The notes beneath the pieces are model-generated. The model was not told the origin of the DNA. It did not search any database and saw nothing but the letters and a program-made list of their open reading frames with translations. A program made the translations under genes and the position numbers. From an uncultured Bacteroidota bacterium (lineage in GTDB: Bacteria; Bacteroidota; Bacteroidia; UKL13-3): a stretch of DNA of 64,000 nt. Of this stretch, positions 29,174-39,173 are shown piece after piece (position 1 is the stretch's first letter; every line of letters starts with the position of its first letter). Location: assembly GCA_903850915.1 (NCBI GenBank), contig CAINMV010000034.1, positions 37 to 64,036 on the forward strand. The letters are read 5' to 3'.

Positions 29174-30394
29174 ATGTCACTCAACTTTTCAGACACCGAA
29201 ATCGCATTCAAAAGCAAAAGCAATGTCGCAATTAAAAAAGCAGCTTGGCTTTTTAAAAGCTTCAACTATCCTTTTATTGTTCAACAAGGGCCATTACTTG
29301 CGGCCTGGGCATTAAAATGGCATTTCCCATTTATTGGAAGCCTAGTTAAAGGCAGCATATTTAGTCAGTTTTGCGGTGGAGAAACCATTGAAGAATGCAG
29401 TAAAACGGTAAATTTTTTAAACCATTCCAATGTAAAATCTATACTTGACTACAGCGTTGAAGGAGAAGAAAACGAGTCTAACTTTGACCATACCTGCCGC
29501 GAAATCATTAGAACTATTGATGCTGCGCAGCAAAATTCAGCCATCGCCTTCAGTGTTTTTAAAACTACAGGTATTGTTAGAAATGCCTTGTTAGAAAAAT
29601 TAAATCCGAGCAGTGCTAAGATACTTGAAACCAAGAAAGCCCTAGAAATAAAAGACTACTCTTCGCTGTTAAGTCCCTTAGAATACAAGGAATGCGAGCT
29701 CGCTTTCACTCGTTTTTCATTGATTTGCGATGCCGCTGCAGCTGCCAACATACGTTTGTTTGTGGATGCTGAAGAAACTTGGATACAAGACACCATTGAT
29801 GCCTGGACTGAAGCCAATATGCGAAAGCACAACAAGGCCAAGGCCATTATTTTCAACACAGTTCAAATGTATCGCCACGACCGGGTAAAATACATGAAGA
29901 GACTTGTGGAAATGGGTGAAGACCTTGGATTCTATATCGGATTTAAAATTGTGCGTGGCGCCTACATGGAGAAAGAGAGAGAAAGAGCCTTGGTGATGAA
30001 CTACCTATCACCGATACAGCCTGACAAAGAACATTGTGACCGTGACTTTGATGACGCTCTGTTTTATTGCATTCAAAACTCAAAAGTCGCAATTTGCTGT
30101 GGCACACATAATGAAGAAAGCAGCTTAAAACTAACAAAATGGATGCAAGAAAAAGGCATCTCCAATAACGACGAACGCATTTACTTTGCACAGCTTTTAG
30201 GCATGAGCGACCATATCAGTTTTAATTTGGCTGCTTCAGATTATAATGTAGCGAAATACGTTCCATATGGACCGGTGCAAGCCGTGCTTCCTTATTTAGC
30301 AAGAAGAGCCCAAGAAAACAGCAGTGTAAAAGGCCAAGTTGGTCGTGAATTAAACCTTATTAAGAATGAATTGCAACGGAGAAATTCAAATTGA
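29174..30394 (+). CDS. proline dehydrogenase (monofunctional PutA-type)
   Basis: Proline dehydrogenase family pattern; 406 aa. Confidence 0.75.
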   Translation: MSLNFSDTEIAFKSKSNVAIKKAAWLFKSFNYPFIVQQGPLLAAWALKWHFPFIGSLVKGSIFSQFCGGETIEECSKTVNFLNHSNVKSILDYSVEGEENESNFDHTCREIIRTIDAAQQNSAIAFSVFKTTGIVRNALLEKLNPSSAKILETKKALEIKDYSSLLSPLEYKECELAFTRFSLICDAAAAANIRLFVDAEETWIQDTIDAWTEANMRKHNKAKAIIFNTVQMYRHDRVKYMKRLVEMGEDLGFYIGFKIVRGAYMEKERERALVMNYLSPIQPDKEHCDRDFDDALFYCIQNSKVAICCGTHNEESSLKLTKWMQEKGISNNDERIYFAQLLGMSDHISFNLAASDYNVAKYVPYGPVQAVLPYLARRAQENSSVKGQVGRELNLIKNELQRRNSN

Positions 30395-31659
30395 AGATAC
30401 AACTAACACCAACAGAGCTTGAATCCTTAACACATGCCTTGCCATTATGGAGCATGCAATTTGACTATGCTTGTATTTTAAACTCCAACCACTGTGCATC
30501 TGCCTGCGATTATGACACCTATGAAATTATTGCAGGTGTGGCGAATAAAGGAGCCGTAACCTATTCTGAATCGAATACCTTAAATTTTAATAACAAATGG
30601 CAGCTTGGTTATTTAGGCTATGAAAATCGCAATCATCTGCACGGCATAATTTCAAACAAACCGACAAAATCTGGATTCGATTCTAGTTTCTTTTTTGAGC
30701 CTGAGTTTTTAATTGCGATTAAAAAAGGCAGTTCGGAAGTTGAGGTTCATGGCAACCTTGAACTTTCAATTCAAGAAATTATGAGTTATCCTAAAGATTC
30801 TAACACAAATACGGAGGTAAAACTCACTGCGCGTGTCACCCGTGAAAATTATATTGACACCATAGAACAGATCAAAGAAAATATCATTAAAGGGACCTTT
30901 TACGAACTCAACTATTGCATGGAGTTTTACCAAGACGAAATTGAAATTAATCCAGGCTTGGTTTTTAATAAACTTTTATCCATTTCACCTACACCATTTG
31001 CATCGTTTTTTAAACATAACCAACAATTTTTAATGTGTGCTAGTCCGGAGCGTTTTATAAAAAAAACGTCACGTATAATTATATCACAACCAATAAAAGG
31101 AACCATAAAAAGAGGAAAAAACAAGGATGATGATGAGGCGTTAAAAACAAAGCTTAAACAAAGTGATAAAGAGCGCGCAGAAAACATCATGATTGTAGAT
31201 TTGATGCGGAATGATTTAGCACAATGTGCGCTAACCGGCACCGTGCGTGTGGACGAGCTGTTTGGCGTGTATACCTTTGCTACGGTGCATCAGTTGATTT
31301 CTACCGTCTCTGCCACCTTAGTGCCAGAGATTTCATTGCTTGAAATTCTAGATCACACCTTTCCCATGGGAAGTATGACTGGAGCACCCAAACGAGAGGT
31401 AATGCATTTTATTGCGCAAATTGAACCTACGGCTCGAGGTCTTTTCAGTGGAAGCGTTGGCTATGTTAACCCCAACAACGACTTCGACTTTAATGTCGTC
31501 ATACGCAGCATTACCTACAACCAAGACAACCGATACCTATCATGCCATGTAGGAAGCGCCATTACCTATGATGCTGATGCCGCTGCTGAGTATGAAGAAT
31601 GCTTACTTAAAGCAGAAACTATGTTTAAAGCATTGGACACCCATACTCCAAACCGTTGA
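30391..31659 (+). CDS. pabB: aminodeoxychorismate/anthranilate synthase component I family protein
   Basis: C-terminal chorismate-binding domain motifs. Overlaps the upstream gene by 4 nt. Confidence 0.75.
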   Translation: MKIQLTPTELESLTHALPLWSMQFDYACILNSNHCASACDYDTYEIIAGVANKGAVTYSESNTLNFNNKWQLGYLGYENRNHLHGIISNKPTKSGFDSSFFFEPEFLIAIKKGSSEVEVHGNLELSIQEIMSYPKDSNTNTEVKLTARVTRENYIDTIEQIKENIIKGTFYELNYCMEFYQDEIEINPGLVFNKLLSISPTPFASFFKHNQQFLMCASPERFIKKTSRIIISQPIKGTIKRGKNKDDDEALKTKLKQSDKERAENIMIVDLMRNDLAQCALTGTVRVDELFGVYTFATVHQLISTVSATLVPEISLLEILDHTFPMGSMTGAPKREVMHFIAQIEPTARGLFSGSVGYVNPNNDFDFNVVIRSITYNQDNRYLSCHVGSAITYDADAAAEYEECLLKAETMFKALDTHTPNR

Positions 31660-31716
31660 AAATTGTGTACAACGATACAACGCTGAAGATTACATTCGCC
31701 TTTAAAAAAAATACCA

Positions 31717-32331
31717 ATGAAACACCTGTTAATTTTAGTGGCTTTCTTTGCTACTATAACCCTGAAAGCACAAACCGCCAAAAAAGCCAGCAATGGCGGA
31801 AATAGCTCAAAAGGAAGCACGGTGACTTCCGAAAAGCCCAAACCAGCTGCATCGCCAAAGGCCAAGCAAAAACCTGCTGTTAGGCAGTCGTTAAGCGAAT
31901 TCCGAAAAATTCATTGGGGCTCAAGGCTCGATTCAATTCTTATTGATGGAGCCAAACCTACCTTTGTGAAAACATCAGAATTTGGCAAAAGTGAAAATAA
32001 TGCCTATTATATTGAGAATGATGATTTGACAATTGGAACTGTTCCTTTGCAAAAAATTCTTTATGTATTTACGGCAGATAGCGCCTTATCTCGCGTGGTA
32101 TTAACTGGCGACAAAAAGAAATTTGGTGAGATGAAATATATCATCGCGTATAAATTTGGCGAGCCAACCATCGTTGACAAAGCCGATGGCTATGATTGCG
32201 TTTGGGAAATGGACGATTGTAAAATCAGATTAAGTTTTGAGAACGACCTAAACATTTTCACTGTAAATTTCTTTAGTGATTATGAAATATCGAATAGCAA
32301 AAGAGAAAACCGTAGTGTAGATGATTTTTAG
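31717..32331 (+). CDS. secreted hypothetical protein with a low-complexity Ala/Lys/Pro/Ser linker
   Basis: Signal peptide present; no recognisable domain. Confidence 0.5.
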   Translation: MKHLLILVAFFATITLKAQTAKKASNGGNSSKGSTVTSEKPKPAASPKAKQKPAVRQSLSEFRKIHWGSRLDSILIDGAKPTFVKTSEFGKSENNAYYIENDDLTIGTVPLQKILYVFTADSALSRVVLTGDKKKFGEMKYIIAYKFGEPTIVDKADGYDCVWEMDDCKIRLSFENDLNIFTVNFFSDYEISNSKRENRSVDDF

Positions 32332-32337
32332 GCTAAC

Positions 32338-33375
32338 CTAAAATGCTTTGTAGCCTTGCTTTTCGAGGCTTATTTTTGTTCCACTCTTAGTATAGCTAAA
32401 CATTCCTTCGGAAACCGGAGTGCAATATCCAATGATATGAATGTCTTTTATAGCCTTCACCTTTTCGAAGTCGGATTGGCTTATTGTAAACAACAACTCA
32501 TAATCCTCACCACCACTAAAGGCGACTGTAGGAGGATTAAGATTCATCTCCAAGGCCACATCAAACGTTTGTTGATCGATGGGGAGCTTTTCTTCATAAA
32601 TTATTACGCCCACATTGGATTGCTCTGCAATATGAAACAATTCAGAAGCTAATCCGTCACTAATATCTATTAGGCTGGTTGGTTTTATCCCCGCTAGTTT
32701 TAGCGCCTCCAACTCTTTATTGGCGCATTCAGGTTTTAGCTGTTTCCCGATGATAAAATCATAATTTTGAATGTCTGGCTGAATGTTTGGATTCTCGAGG
32801 AAGATACGTTTCTCACGCTCTAAAATTTGCAAACCCATATATGCGGCTCCTAGATCTCCAGTTACACAAATCAAGTCGTTTTCTTTAGCACCATTACGGT
32901 AAATTATATCCTCTTCTGCAGCAACACCTATGGCGGTAATACTAATTGTTAAGCCTTGTTTTGTATTTGAGGTGTCTCCACCTACCAAATCCACCTTGTA
33001 TTTATCGCATGCGAGATAAATACCATCATAAAGCTCTTCCATTGCCTCTACGCTAAAACGATTGCTCATGGCTACACTCACCAAAATCTGCTCTGGAATT
33101 GCATTCATGGCAAACACATCACTTAAGTTAGCGACAACGGCCTTATAGCCGAGATGCTTTAATGGTGTATAGCTTAAATCGAAATGAACACCTTCGACAA
33201 GCAGATCGGTAGTTATCACTTTTTTTGTGTCAGAAGTAGCATCAACAACTGCACAATCGTCGCCAATACCTTTGAGCGAGCTTGCGTTCTTCAGTTCATT
33301 ACCCTCTGTAAGCCTTTTAATCAAGCCAAATTCGCCAAGGTCACTAATTTCGGTACGTGAATTATTTTCAAACAT
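32338..33375 (-). CDS. thiL: thiamine-monophosphate kinase (AIR-synthase-related fold)
   Basis: PurM-like N- and C-terminal domains; 345 aa. Confidence 0.75.
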   Translation of the reverse strand: MFENNSRTEISDLGEFGLIKRLTEGNELKNASSLKGIGDDCAVVDATSDTKKVITTDLLVEGVHFDLSYTPLKHLGYKAVVANLSDVFAMNAIPEQILVSVAMSNRFSVEAMEELYDGIYLACDKYKVDLVGGDTSNTKQGLTISITAIGVAAEEDIIYRNGAKENDLICVTGDLGAAYMGLQILEREKRIFLENPNIQPDIQNYDFIIGKQLKPECANKELEALKLAGIKPTSLIDISDGLASELFHIAEQSNVGVIIYEEKLPIDQQTFDVALEMNLNPPTVAFSGGEDYELLFTISQSDFEKVKAIKDIHIIGYCTPVSEGMFSYTKSGTKISLEKQGYKAF

Positions 33376-33462
33376 AGTGGCAAAGATAAACAGGAAATCA
33401 CGAAATGTTTATTCCATCGTATCAAATTACCAAGACATTAATCTCGCTATTAAAAAATAATA

Positions 33463-34158
33463 TTAATTCTCGTTTTGACTTTGGCCGATTTTTTCGAGTG
33501 CCATCTTATAAACAAGTTGAAATTGCTCATCGCGAGTTAGGTATGAATTATCAATTTCTATAGCATTGTCGGCCTTGGCAAGGGGGCTATCAATGCGAGA
33601 TGTATCAATTAAATCCCTGGTTTTTAAATTAGCGGCGACATCATCATAGTTGCCAAGAACACCTTTTGTTTGCATCTCATCGAGGCGTCGTTGTATACGA
33701 ACCTCATCATTAGCAACCATAAATATTTTCACTTCAGCATCAGGAAATACGACAGTGCCAATATCACGTCCATCCATTACTAAGGCTCTTTGGTCTCCCA
33801 TGATTTTTTGCTGATGCACCAAGAAACGTCGAACAGCACTAATAGCGCTAACTGGGCTTACAAAATTTGCAACACGCAACGTACGAATTGCGATTTCGCG
33901 ATCTTCGCCATTTAAAAAAGTGTCGGTTTGATTTGTATTCGGATTGTGCTTAAATTCAATGATAATATTATTTAGAGCTTCCTCAATGCTCTTTTCATCC
34001 TCAATATCAACATTGTTCTCTAAAAAATATAAAGTTACAGCGCGATACATCGCACCTGTATCGATATACCGATAGTTTAGGCTCGCTGCCAGGGCTTTTG
34101 CCAAGGTGCTTTTACCACAACCAGAGAATCCATCTATTGCTATTATAATTGATTTCAC
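33463..34158 (-). CDS. cmk: (d)CMP kinase; likely GTG start at 34158 (ORF-track ATG at 34227 adds 23 non-conserved residues)
   Basis: P-loop AIDGFSGCGKST sits right after the proposed start. It is a Cmk-family protein. Confidence 0.8.
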   Translation of the reverse strand: MKSIIIAIDGFSGCGKSTLAKALAASLNYRYIDTGAMYRAVTLYFLENNVDIEDEKSIEEALNNIIIEFKHNPNTNQTDTFLNGEDREIAIRTLRVANFVSPVSAISAVRRFLVHQQKIMGDQRALVMDGRDIGTVVFPDAEVKIFMVANDEVRIQRRLDEMQTKGVLGNYDDVAANLKTRDLIDTSRIDSPLAKADNAIEIDNSYLTRDEQFQLVYKMALEKIGQSQNEN

Positions 34159-34310
34159 GATGCGTTGCGAAGATAACTCAAATGTGCAGAATTGAAAACT
34201 CACAGTGAAAGAAACGTTGCCCTTCAAACAATTTATCTTTCAATTCTCCGTTACAACAACAATATTTCCCTTATTTTTGTCCAAATTCTATCCTGTTTCT
34301 CAACCTACAG

Positions 34311-35660
34311 ATGCATACCAATAAACTCGGGCAACCATTAATCATTGTTTTTGCCACCTTCCTGATTTTATTAGCATTATCTTTCTTAAAACCAACAATA
34401 ATTTTCGGCTATCAATTGAAGCCCGTGGAATTACTTTCAGAGATAACACCTACAGAAGTAAAAGCAGACACATTAGGCGTTCAGGATAGCACCCTCATCA
34501 TTAAAAAAGATACCGTAGTTCGTGACCTTTCCGACATTATCGACTATCGCAGCGACTCTGCGCTCCTGCGTTTTTTCACTTCACTGCAAAAAACCGGAAA
34601 AAGCAAACACCAAACCCGCATTGCTTATTTCGGCGACTCCTTTATTGAAGGCGATTTAATTACCCAAGACTTACGTGCATTACTGCAAGATAAATTTGGT
34701 GGTGGCGGTGTAGGCTATATGCCTATAACAAGTATAGTTGCTGGATTTCGACAATCTGTTTCACATACTTTTGGAGGTTGGCAAACATATTCCTTCGCTA
34801 ACGATCTACCCAAAAGCCATGGTTTATTTATTTCTGGATTCACATTCGTTCCAACATATAACGATACGATAGACTCTACTGCGAAACATAATGGGAGCTG
34901 GGTTACGTATTCCGCAGTTAACAAACCTCGCTTAAACTCCTTTGATAAAGTGCGACTTTTTTATGGCAATAGCAATGCCAATAATTATGGAACACTTAAT
35001 GGAATAAATTTTCCACTAAACGACTCTGGCATCTTTAATGAGCTAACCTTTAGAGGCCCCTTTAGCAGCGTAAATGCAAACTTCAATTGTAATTCAAAAA
35101 TTGACATCTTCGGGATGAGTTTAGAAAGCGATACAGGCGTTATTGTCGACAATTTTTCCTTCCGAGGGAATTCCGGATTGACAATGAGTAAAGTAGCGCG
35201 AGAACTCTACCGAGCCTCCAACGAAAAACTAACGTATGACTTAATAGTATTGGAGTACGGATTGAATGCCATTTCAGAAAAAGCCACTGAATACAAATGG
35301 TATGAGAAAGGATTTTCGACCATGTTGAAGTTTATTAAAACTTGTTACCCCAACACTGATATTCTGATTGTAGGACTAGGCGATAAAGCCCTTCGCGTGA
35401 AAGGAGTTTATGTGGAAGACCCGGCAGTGAAACAAATTTTAGCATTAGAACAGAATGTAGCCTTTGAAGAGCGATGTGCCTTTTGGAGCCTATATGATGC
35501 GATGGGTGGCGAAGGAAGTATGATTGCATGGGCCGACTCTATTCCGGCATTAGCGAATAAGGACTATACCCATTTAAACTTCAGAGGAGCAAGGCAAGTA
35601 GGGACATTGTTTTATGAAAAACTCATGAAGAAATATAACGAATTCAACACCCAACATTAA
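34311..35660 (+). CDS. SGNH/GDSL-family hydrolase-fold protein, N-terminal membrane anchor (candidate AlgX/AlgJ/PatB-like O-acyl transfer partner)
   Basis: Block I GDSF is present, with a C-terminal DxxH (DYTHL). It is the first gene of a tightly packed 5-gene + strand operon. Confidence 0.6.
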   Translation: MHTNKLGQPLIIVFATFLILLALSFLKPTIIFGYQLKPVELLSEITPTEVKADTLGVQDSTLIIKKDTVVRDLSDIIDYRSDSALLRFFTSLQKTGKSKHQTRIAYFGDSFIEGDLITQDLRALLQDKFGGGGVGYMPITSIVAGFRQSVSHTFGGWQTYSFANDLPKSHGLFISGFTFVPTYNDTIDSTAKHNGSWVTYSAVNKPRLNSFDKVRLFYGNSNANNYGTLNGINFPLNDSGIFNELTFRGPFSSVNANFNCNSKIDIFGMSLESDTGVIVDNFSFRGNSGLTMSKVARELYRASNEKLTYDLIVLEYGLNAISEKATEYKWYEKGFSTMLKFIKTCYPNTDILIVGLGDKALRVKGVYVEDPAVKQILALEQNVAFEERCAFWSLYDAMGGEGSMIAWADSIPALANKDYTHLNFRGARQVGTLFYEKLMKKYNEFNTQH

Positions 35661-35663
35661 TTC

Positions 35664-36890
35664 ATGTTCAAGAAATATATAAATCTTTTTTTGTTAATCG
35701 TGTCAGTCAATTTTGGGTTATTGGCTCAAACACCCGCGACGTCATATCCATTTATAAAAACGAGTATCAATCGAATTGAAAACGACAGCATTTATCTTCA
35801 AGATTTTTATGATAAATTATATCGCCTAAAAACACAAAATCATGGTGTTGTTCGTATTGTTCATATTGGCGACTCCCATATTCAAGCGGATATGTTAAGT
35901 GGTACTGTTAGACTAAATATGCAAGAACAATTTGGGAACGCCGGCCGTGGTTTAATATTCCCATACCGGGTAGCGAATACCAACGGGCCAAGCGATATTA
36001 CTTCGGGAAGTAACGTGCTATGGGCCGCTAAACGGAACGTTTTTTTCATGAATCCTATACCCATTGGAATCAGTGGCATAACAATTGAAACACACGCTGA
36101 AAATGCCTATATCTCCGAAAGTTTAGGCAACACCACAGGACGAGATTATAGCTTTAACCACGCCACAGTATTTTATCAACAAGGGCCCGATTTCTATGAC
36201 TTCTTGATTAGTGATAAAAGCGATGTTTCGGCCTTCGAACACGACTCTTGTTATTTCAGAAATAGTGTTACTTTTAACAGTATTATACCAGTAAATGCTA
36301 TTACCATTAAAACATTTTCGCAAGATACCTGCGTTCAAAAAACAGCTCGTTTGTTTGGCGTACTGCTTCAAAACGATAGCGCTGGCGTGCTTTACAATAT
36401 GGTTGGTGTAAACGGAGCAGAGTATCGTCATTATTTGGCTTCCGAATATTTTGCAGAGCAATTGAGCTTCCTTCAACCTGACCTCATCATTGTTTCATTA
36501 GGCACAAACGAAGCCATGAATGGCAATTTTAAAAGCGACGTATTTTATGAAACTATTAATCAAACAATAGAGGCCATAAAACAGAAGTCGCCCAACGCTA
36601 AATTTTTACTCACCACTCCTCCAGATTCTTATCGCTGGTATAACCGCAGACCGTACAAAAACATCAACACCAAAAAAGCAGCGGAAACTATTATCCGATA
36701 TTGCTGTGATAATAACATTGCATATTGGGATTTAAATTCCGTGATGGGAGGCTATGGAAGTATGGGATACTGGGCCAAATATGGCTTATCGGCTAGAGAC
36801 TACGTTCATTTTCAGCCAAAAGGCTATAAACTACAGGGCAACTTATTATATCAAGCACTTCTCCATAACTACAAGAAATATACCCGATAA
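35664..36890 (+). CDS. SGNH/GDSL-family hydrolase-fold protein, secreted (paralog of the preceding gene)
   Basis: Signal peptide present. Motifs GDSHI and DYVHF. It starts 3 nt after the upstream stop. Confidence 0.6.
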   Translation: MFKKYINLFLLIVSVNFGLLAQTPATSYPFIKTSINRIENDSIYLQDFYDKLYRLKTQNHGVVRIVHIGDSHIQADMLSGTVRLNMQEQFGNAGRGLIFPYRVANTNGPSDITSGSNVLWAAKRNVFFMNPIPIGISGITIETHAENAYISESLGNTTGRDYSFNHATVFYQQGPDFYDFLISDKSDVSAFEHDSCYFRNSVTFNSIIPVNAITIKTFSQDTCVQKTARLFGVLLQNDSAGVLYNMVGVNGAEYRHYLASEYFAEQLSFLQPDLIIVSLGTNEAMNGNFKSDVFYETINQTIEAIKQKSPNAKFLLTTPPDSYRWYNRRPYKNINTKKAAETIIRYCCDNNIAYWDLNSVMGGYGSMGYWAKYGLSARDYVHFQPKGYKLQGNLLYQALLHNYKKYTR

Positions 36891-36895
36891 AACAA

Positions 36896-38374
36896 ATGCT
36901 CGACCTTCATAAAATTGCATCACAATTAGTTTATAATAGCAAAGACCCTTTGTTATTTAACAGCGGTTTTTTCTTGATATTTTTTATTGTATTTCTATTC
37001 GGCTATCTTTTGGTTCACAAAAAACCCATGGTGCGAATATTATATTTCACCTTGTTTTCGTTTTACTTTTTCTACAAGGCTTGTGGGTTTTATTTTATAC
37101 TGATTCTCATTTCTGCTGTCGTCGACTTCACCCTCAGCAACTTAATTTATTCTGCATCATCAGATAAGAAAAAGAAAATACTACTCGTCATTAGTGTTAT
37201 TATCAACCTAGGACTTTTAGCCTATTTCAAATACACTAATTTCTTTATTGAGATAATAAATGATGTGACCAACGGCAATATTCAACCCTTAAAATTGCTT
37301 TTGCCAATTGGGATTTCATTTTACACCTTTGAAAACCTAAGTTACACCATCGATGTTTATCGAGGTAAATTCACACCCGTAAAAAGCTTCCTAGATTATT
37401 GCTTCTTTCTCTCCTTCTTTCCAAAATTAGTCATGGGACCCATTGTGCGCGCCTCGGATTTTATACCGCAAATACGAAAGAACATTTTGATTACTCCAGA
37501 ATATGTTAGTGGTGGGTTGTATTTGATACTTAGTGGATTATTTAAAAAAGTTGTGATAAGCGATTATATTTATGTAAATTTCGTTCAGTATATCTTCGAC
37601 GACCCATCTAGGCATTCAGGTATAGAATGTTTGCTTGGAGTTTATGGCTATGCAATGGTTATTTATTGCGATTTCTCCGGCTATAGCGATATGGCAATAG
37701 GCATTGCCAAGTGGGTAGGAATCGACATCAACATCAACTTTAATTCTCCATATCAATCGAGTTCCATCACTGAATTCTGGAGACGATGGCATATTTCCCT
37801 TTCGAATTGGTTGAAGGATTATTTATACATTTCTTTAGGAGGCAACAGAACGGGGAAATTAAGGCAATATCTTAATTTAATGATTACGATGTTACTCGGT
37901 GGATTGTGGCACGGTGCAAGTTTGAATTTTGTTGTTTGGGGTGGCATGCATGGTCTTGCTTTGGCATTAGACAAACTAAAACACCAATGGATGTTGCGAT
38001 TGCCAGTGGGATTTCAGAATTCGAAATCAATTAAACTGCTTGGTGTCCTATTTACCTTTCATTTCGTTTGTTTTTGTTGGATTTTTTTCAAGGCCTCTTC
38101 CTTTTCCGATGCGCAAATAATATTAAGTCAAATTGCATTCAACTTTAATGGCGCAGCTGCATTTACTCTGCTTAAGGCGTATCTGCCCGTTTTCCTTATT
38201 TTACTTCTCGCCTATTTATTACATGCAATACCGAGCCGATTTGAATCTAAATCTATTGATTTTCTCACACAGATGCCTCTTGTTTTTAAGATAGCAATAA
38301 CAGTATTTGTTGTTTGGATAGTTATTCAAAGTAAACAAGCGGAAGCCGTAATGCCCATTTATTTGCAGTTCTAA
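36896..38374 (+). CDS. MBOAT-family membrane-bound O-acyltransferase (AlgI/DltB/PatA-like)
   Basis: Multi-TM protein with the conserved MBOAT His region (WRRWHISLSNWLKDYLY...GG...WHG). Confidence 0.85.
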   Translation: MLDLHKIASQLVYNSKDPLLFNSGFFLIFFIVFLFGYLLVHKKPMVRILYFTLFSFYFFYKACGFYFILILISAVVDFTLSNLIYSASSDKKKKILLVISVIINLGLLAYFKYTNFFIEIINDVTNGNIQPLKLLLPIGISFYTFENLSYTIDVYRGKFTPVKSFLDYCFFLSFFPKLVMGPIVRASDFIPQIRKNILITPEYVSGGLYLILSGLFKKVVISDYIYVNFVQYIFDDPSRHSGIECLLGVYGYAMVIYCDFSGYSDMAIGIAKWVGIDININFNSPYQSSSITEFWRRWHISLSNWLKDYLYISLGGNRTGKLRQYLNLMITMLLGGLWHGASLNFVVWGGMHGLALALDKLKHQWMLRLPVGFQNSKSIKLLGVLFTFHFVCFCWIFFKASSFSDAQIILSQIAFNFNGAAAFTLLKAYLPVFLILLLAYLLHAIPSRFESKSIDFLTQMPLVFKIAITVFVVWIVIQSKQAEAVMPIYLQF

Positions 38375-38390
38375 TTGCTAAAAAAACTTT

Positions 38391-39173
38391 ATGCCTGCAA
38401 ACACTACATCACCAAGTTATTTCGACAATTTTCAATTGAATTTATGCGCTATAAATGGCCTAAACTTGAGATTTCGATTTAAGGCAGCTAACCTTATTAT
38501 ATTTTGCCTCGCATTTTGGAGCACTTCATATTCTCAACAAAACAAAAAAATTGAATTGCAATTCAATCCAACATTCAAACGTCAATCATTAGCGCTCGAC
38601 TCCATTTATTACCATCTCAACCAAACCGATAGTGTACAGTTTACGGTGCTCAAGTTCTACATATCCAACATCTCTCTTTTCGCAGATAGCCAACTCGTTT
38701 TTAGAGAAGAAAATAGCTTCCATTTAATTGATGCCTCTTTAAAAGGAAGTTTGATGCTCCCCCTTTCGGTACCGCAATCAGCCTTCTTTAATACCATTAA
38801 ATTTAATTTAGGTATCGATAGCACTACGAATGTTTCAGGGGCATTGGAAAACGACCTTGATCCGACAAAAGGCATGTATTGGACTTGGCAGAGTGGCTAT
38901 ATTAATTTTAAATTAGAAGGGAATAGCAACCAATGTAAAACCAGAAAAAACGAATTTAAATTTCATTTAGGTGGTTACTTAGCACCCTTTGAGGCTCTAA
39001 GAAAAATAACATTACCAGTGCAGCATAACGATTCAATTAGTATTGACTTTCCTTTAGATTTGTTTCTCTCTAAATTAGATTTATCTGTGGAGAATGAGGT
39101 AATGATTCCAGGCTATAAGGCGATGTTGATTGCCACTAAAGCTGCGGCAGAATTTAAATCGGACACACCATGA
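38391..39173 (+). CDS. small periplasmic protein, possibly MbnP-like partner of the downstream di-haem peroxidase (tentative)
   Basis: 4-nt overlap (ATGA) with the CCP gene. The signal-peptide-like segment begins ~25 aa after the annotated ATG; an in-frame TTG at 38466 would give a canonical signal peptide. It is Trp-containing with no known catalytic motif. Confidence 0.45.
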   Translation: MPANTTSPSYFDNFQLNLCAINGLNLRFRFKAANLIIFCLAFWSTSYSQQNKKIELQFNPTFKRQSLALDSIYYHLNQTDSVQFTVLKFYISNISLFADSQLVFREENSFHLIDASLKGSLMLPLSVPQSAFFNTIKFNLGIDSTTNVSGALENDLDPTKGMYWTWQSGYINFKLEGNSNQCKTRKNEFKFHLGGYLAPFEALRKITLPVQHNDSISIDFPLDLFLSKLDLSVENEVMIPGYKAMLIATKAAAEFKSDTP

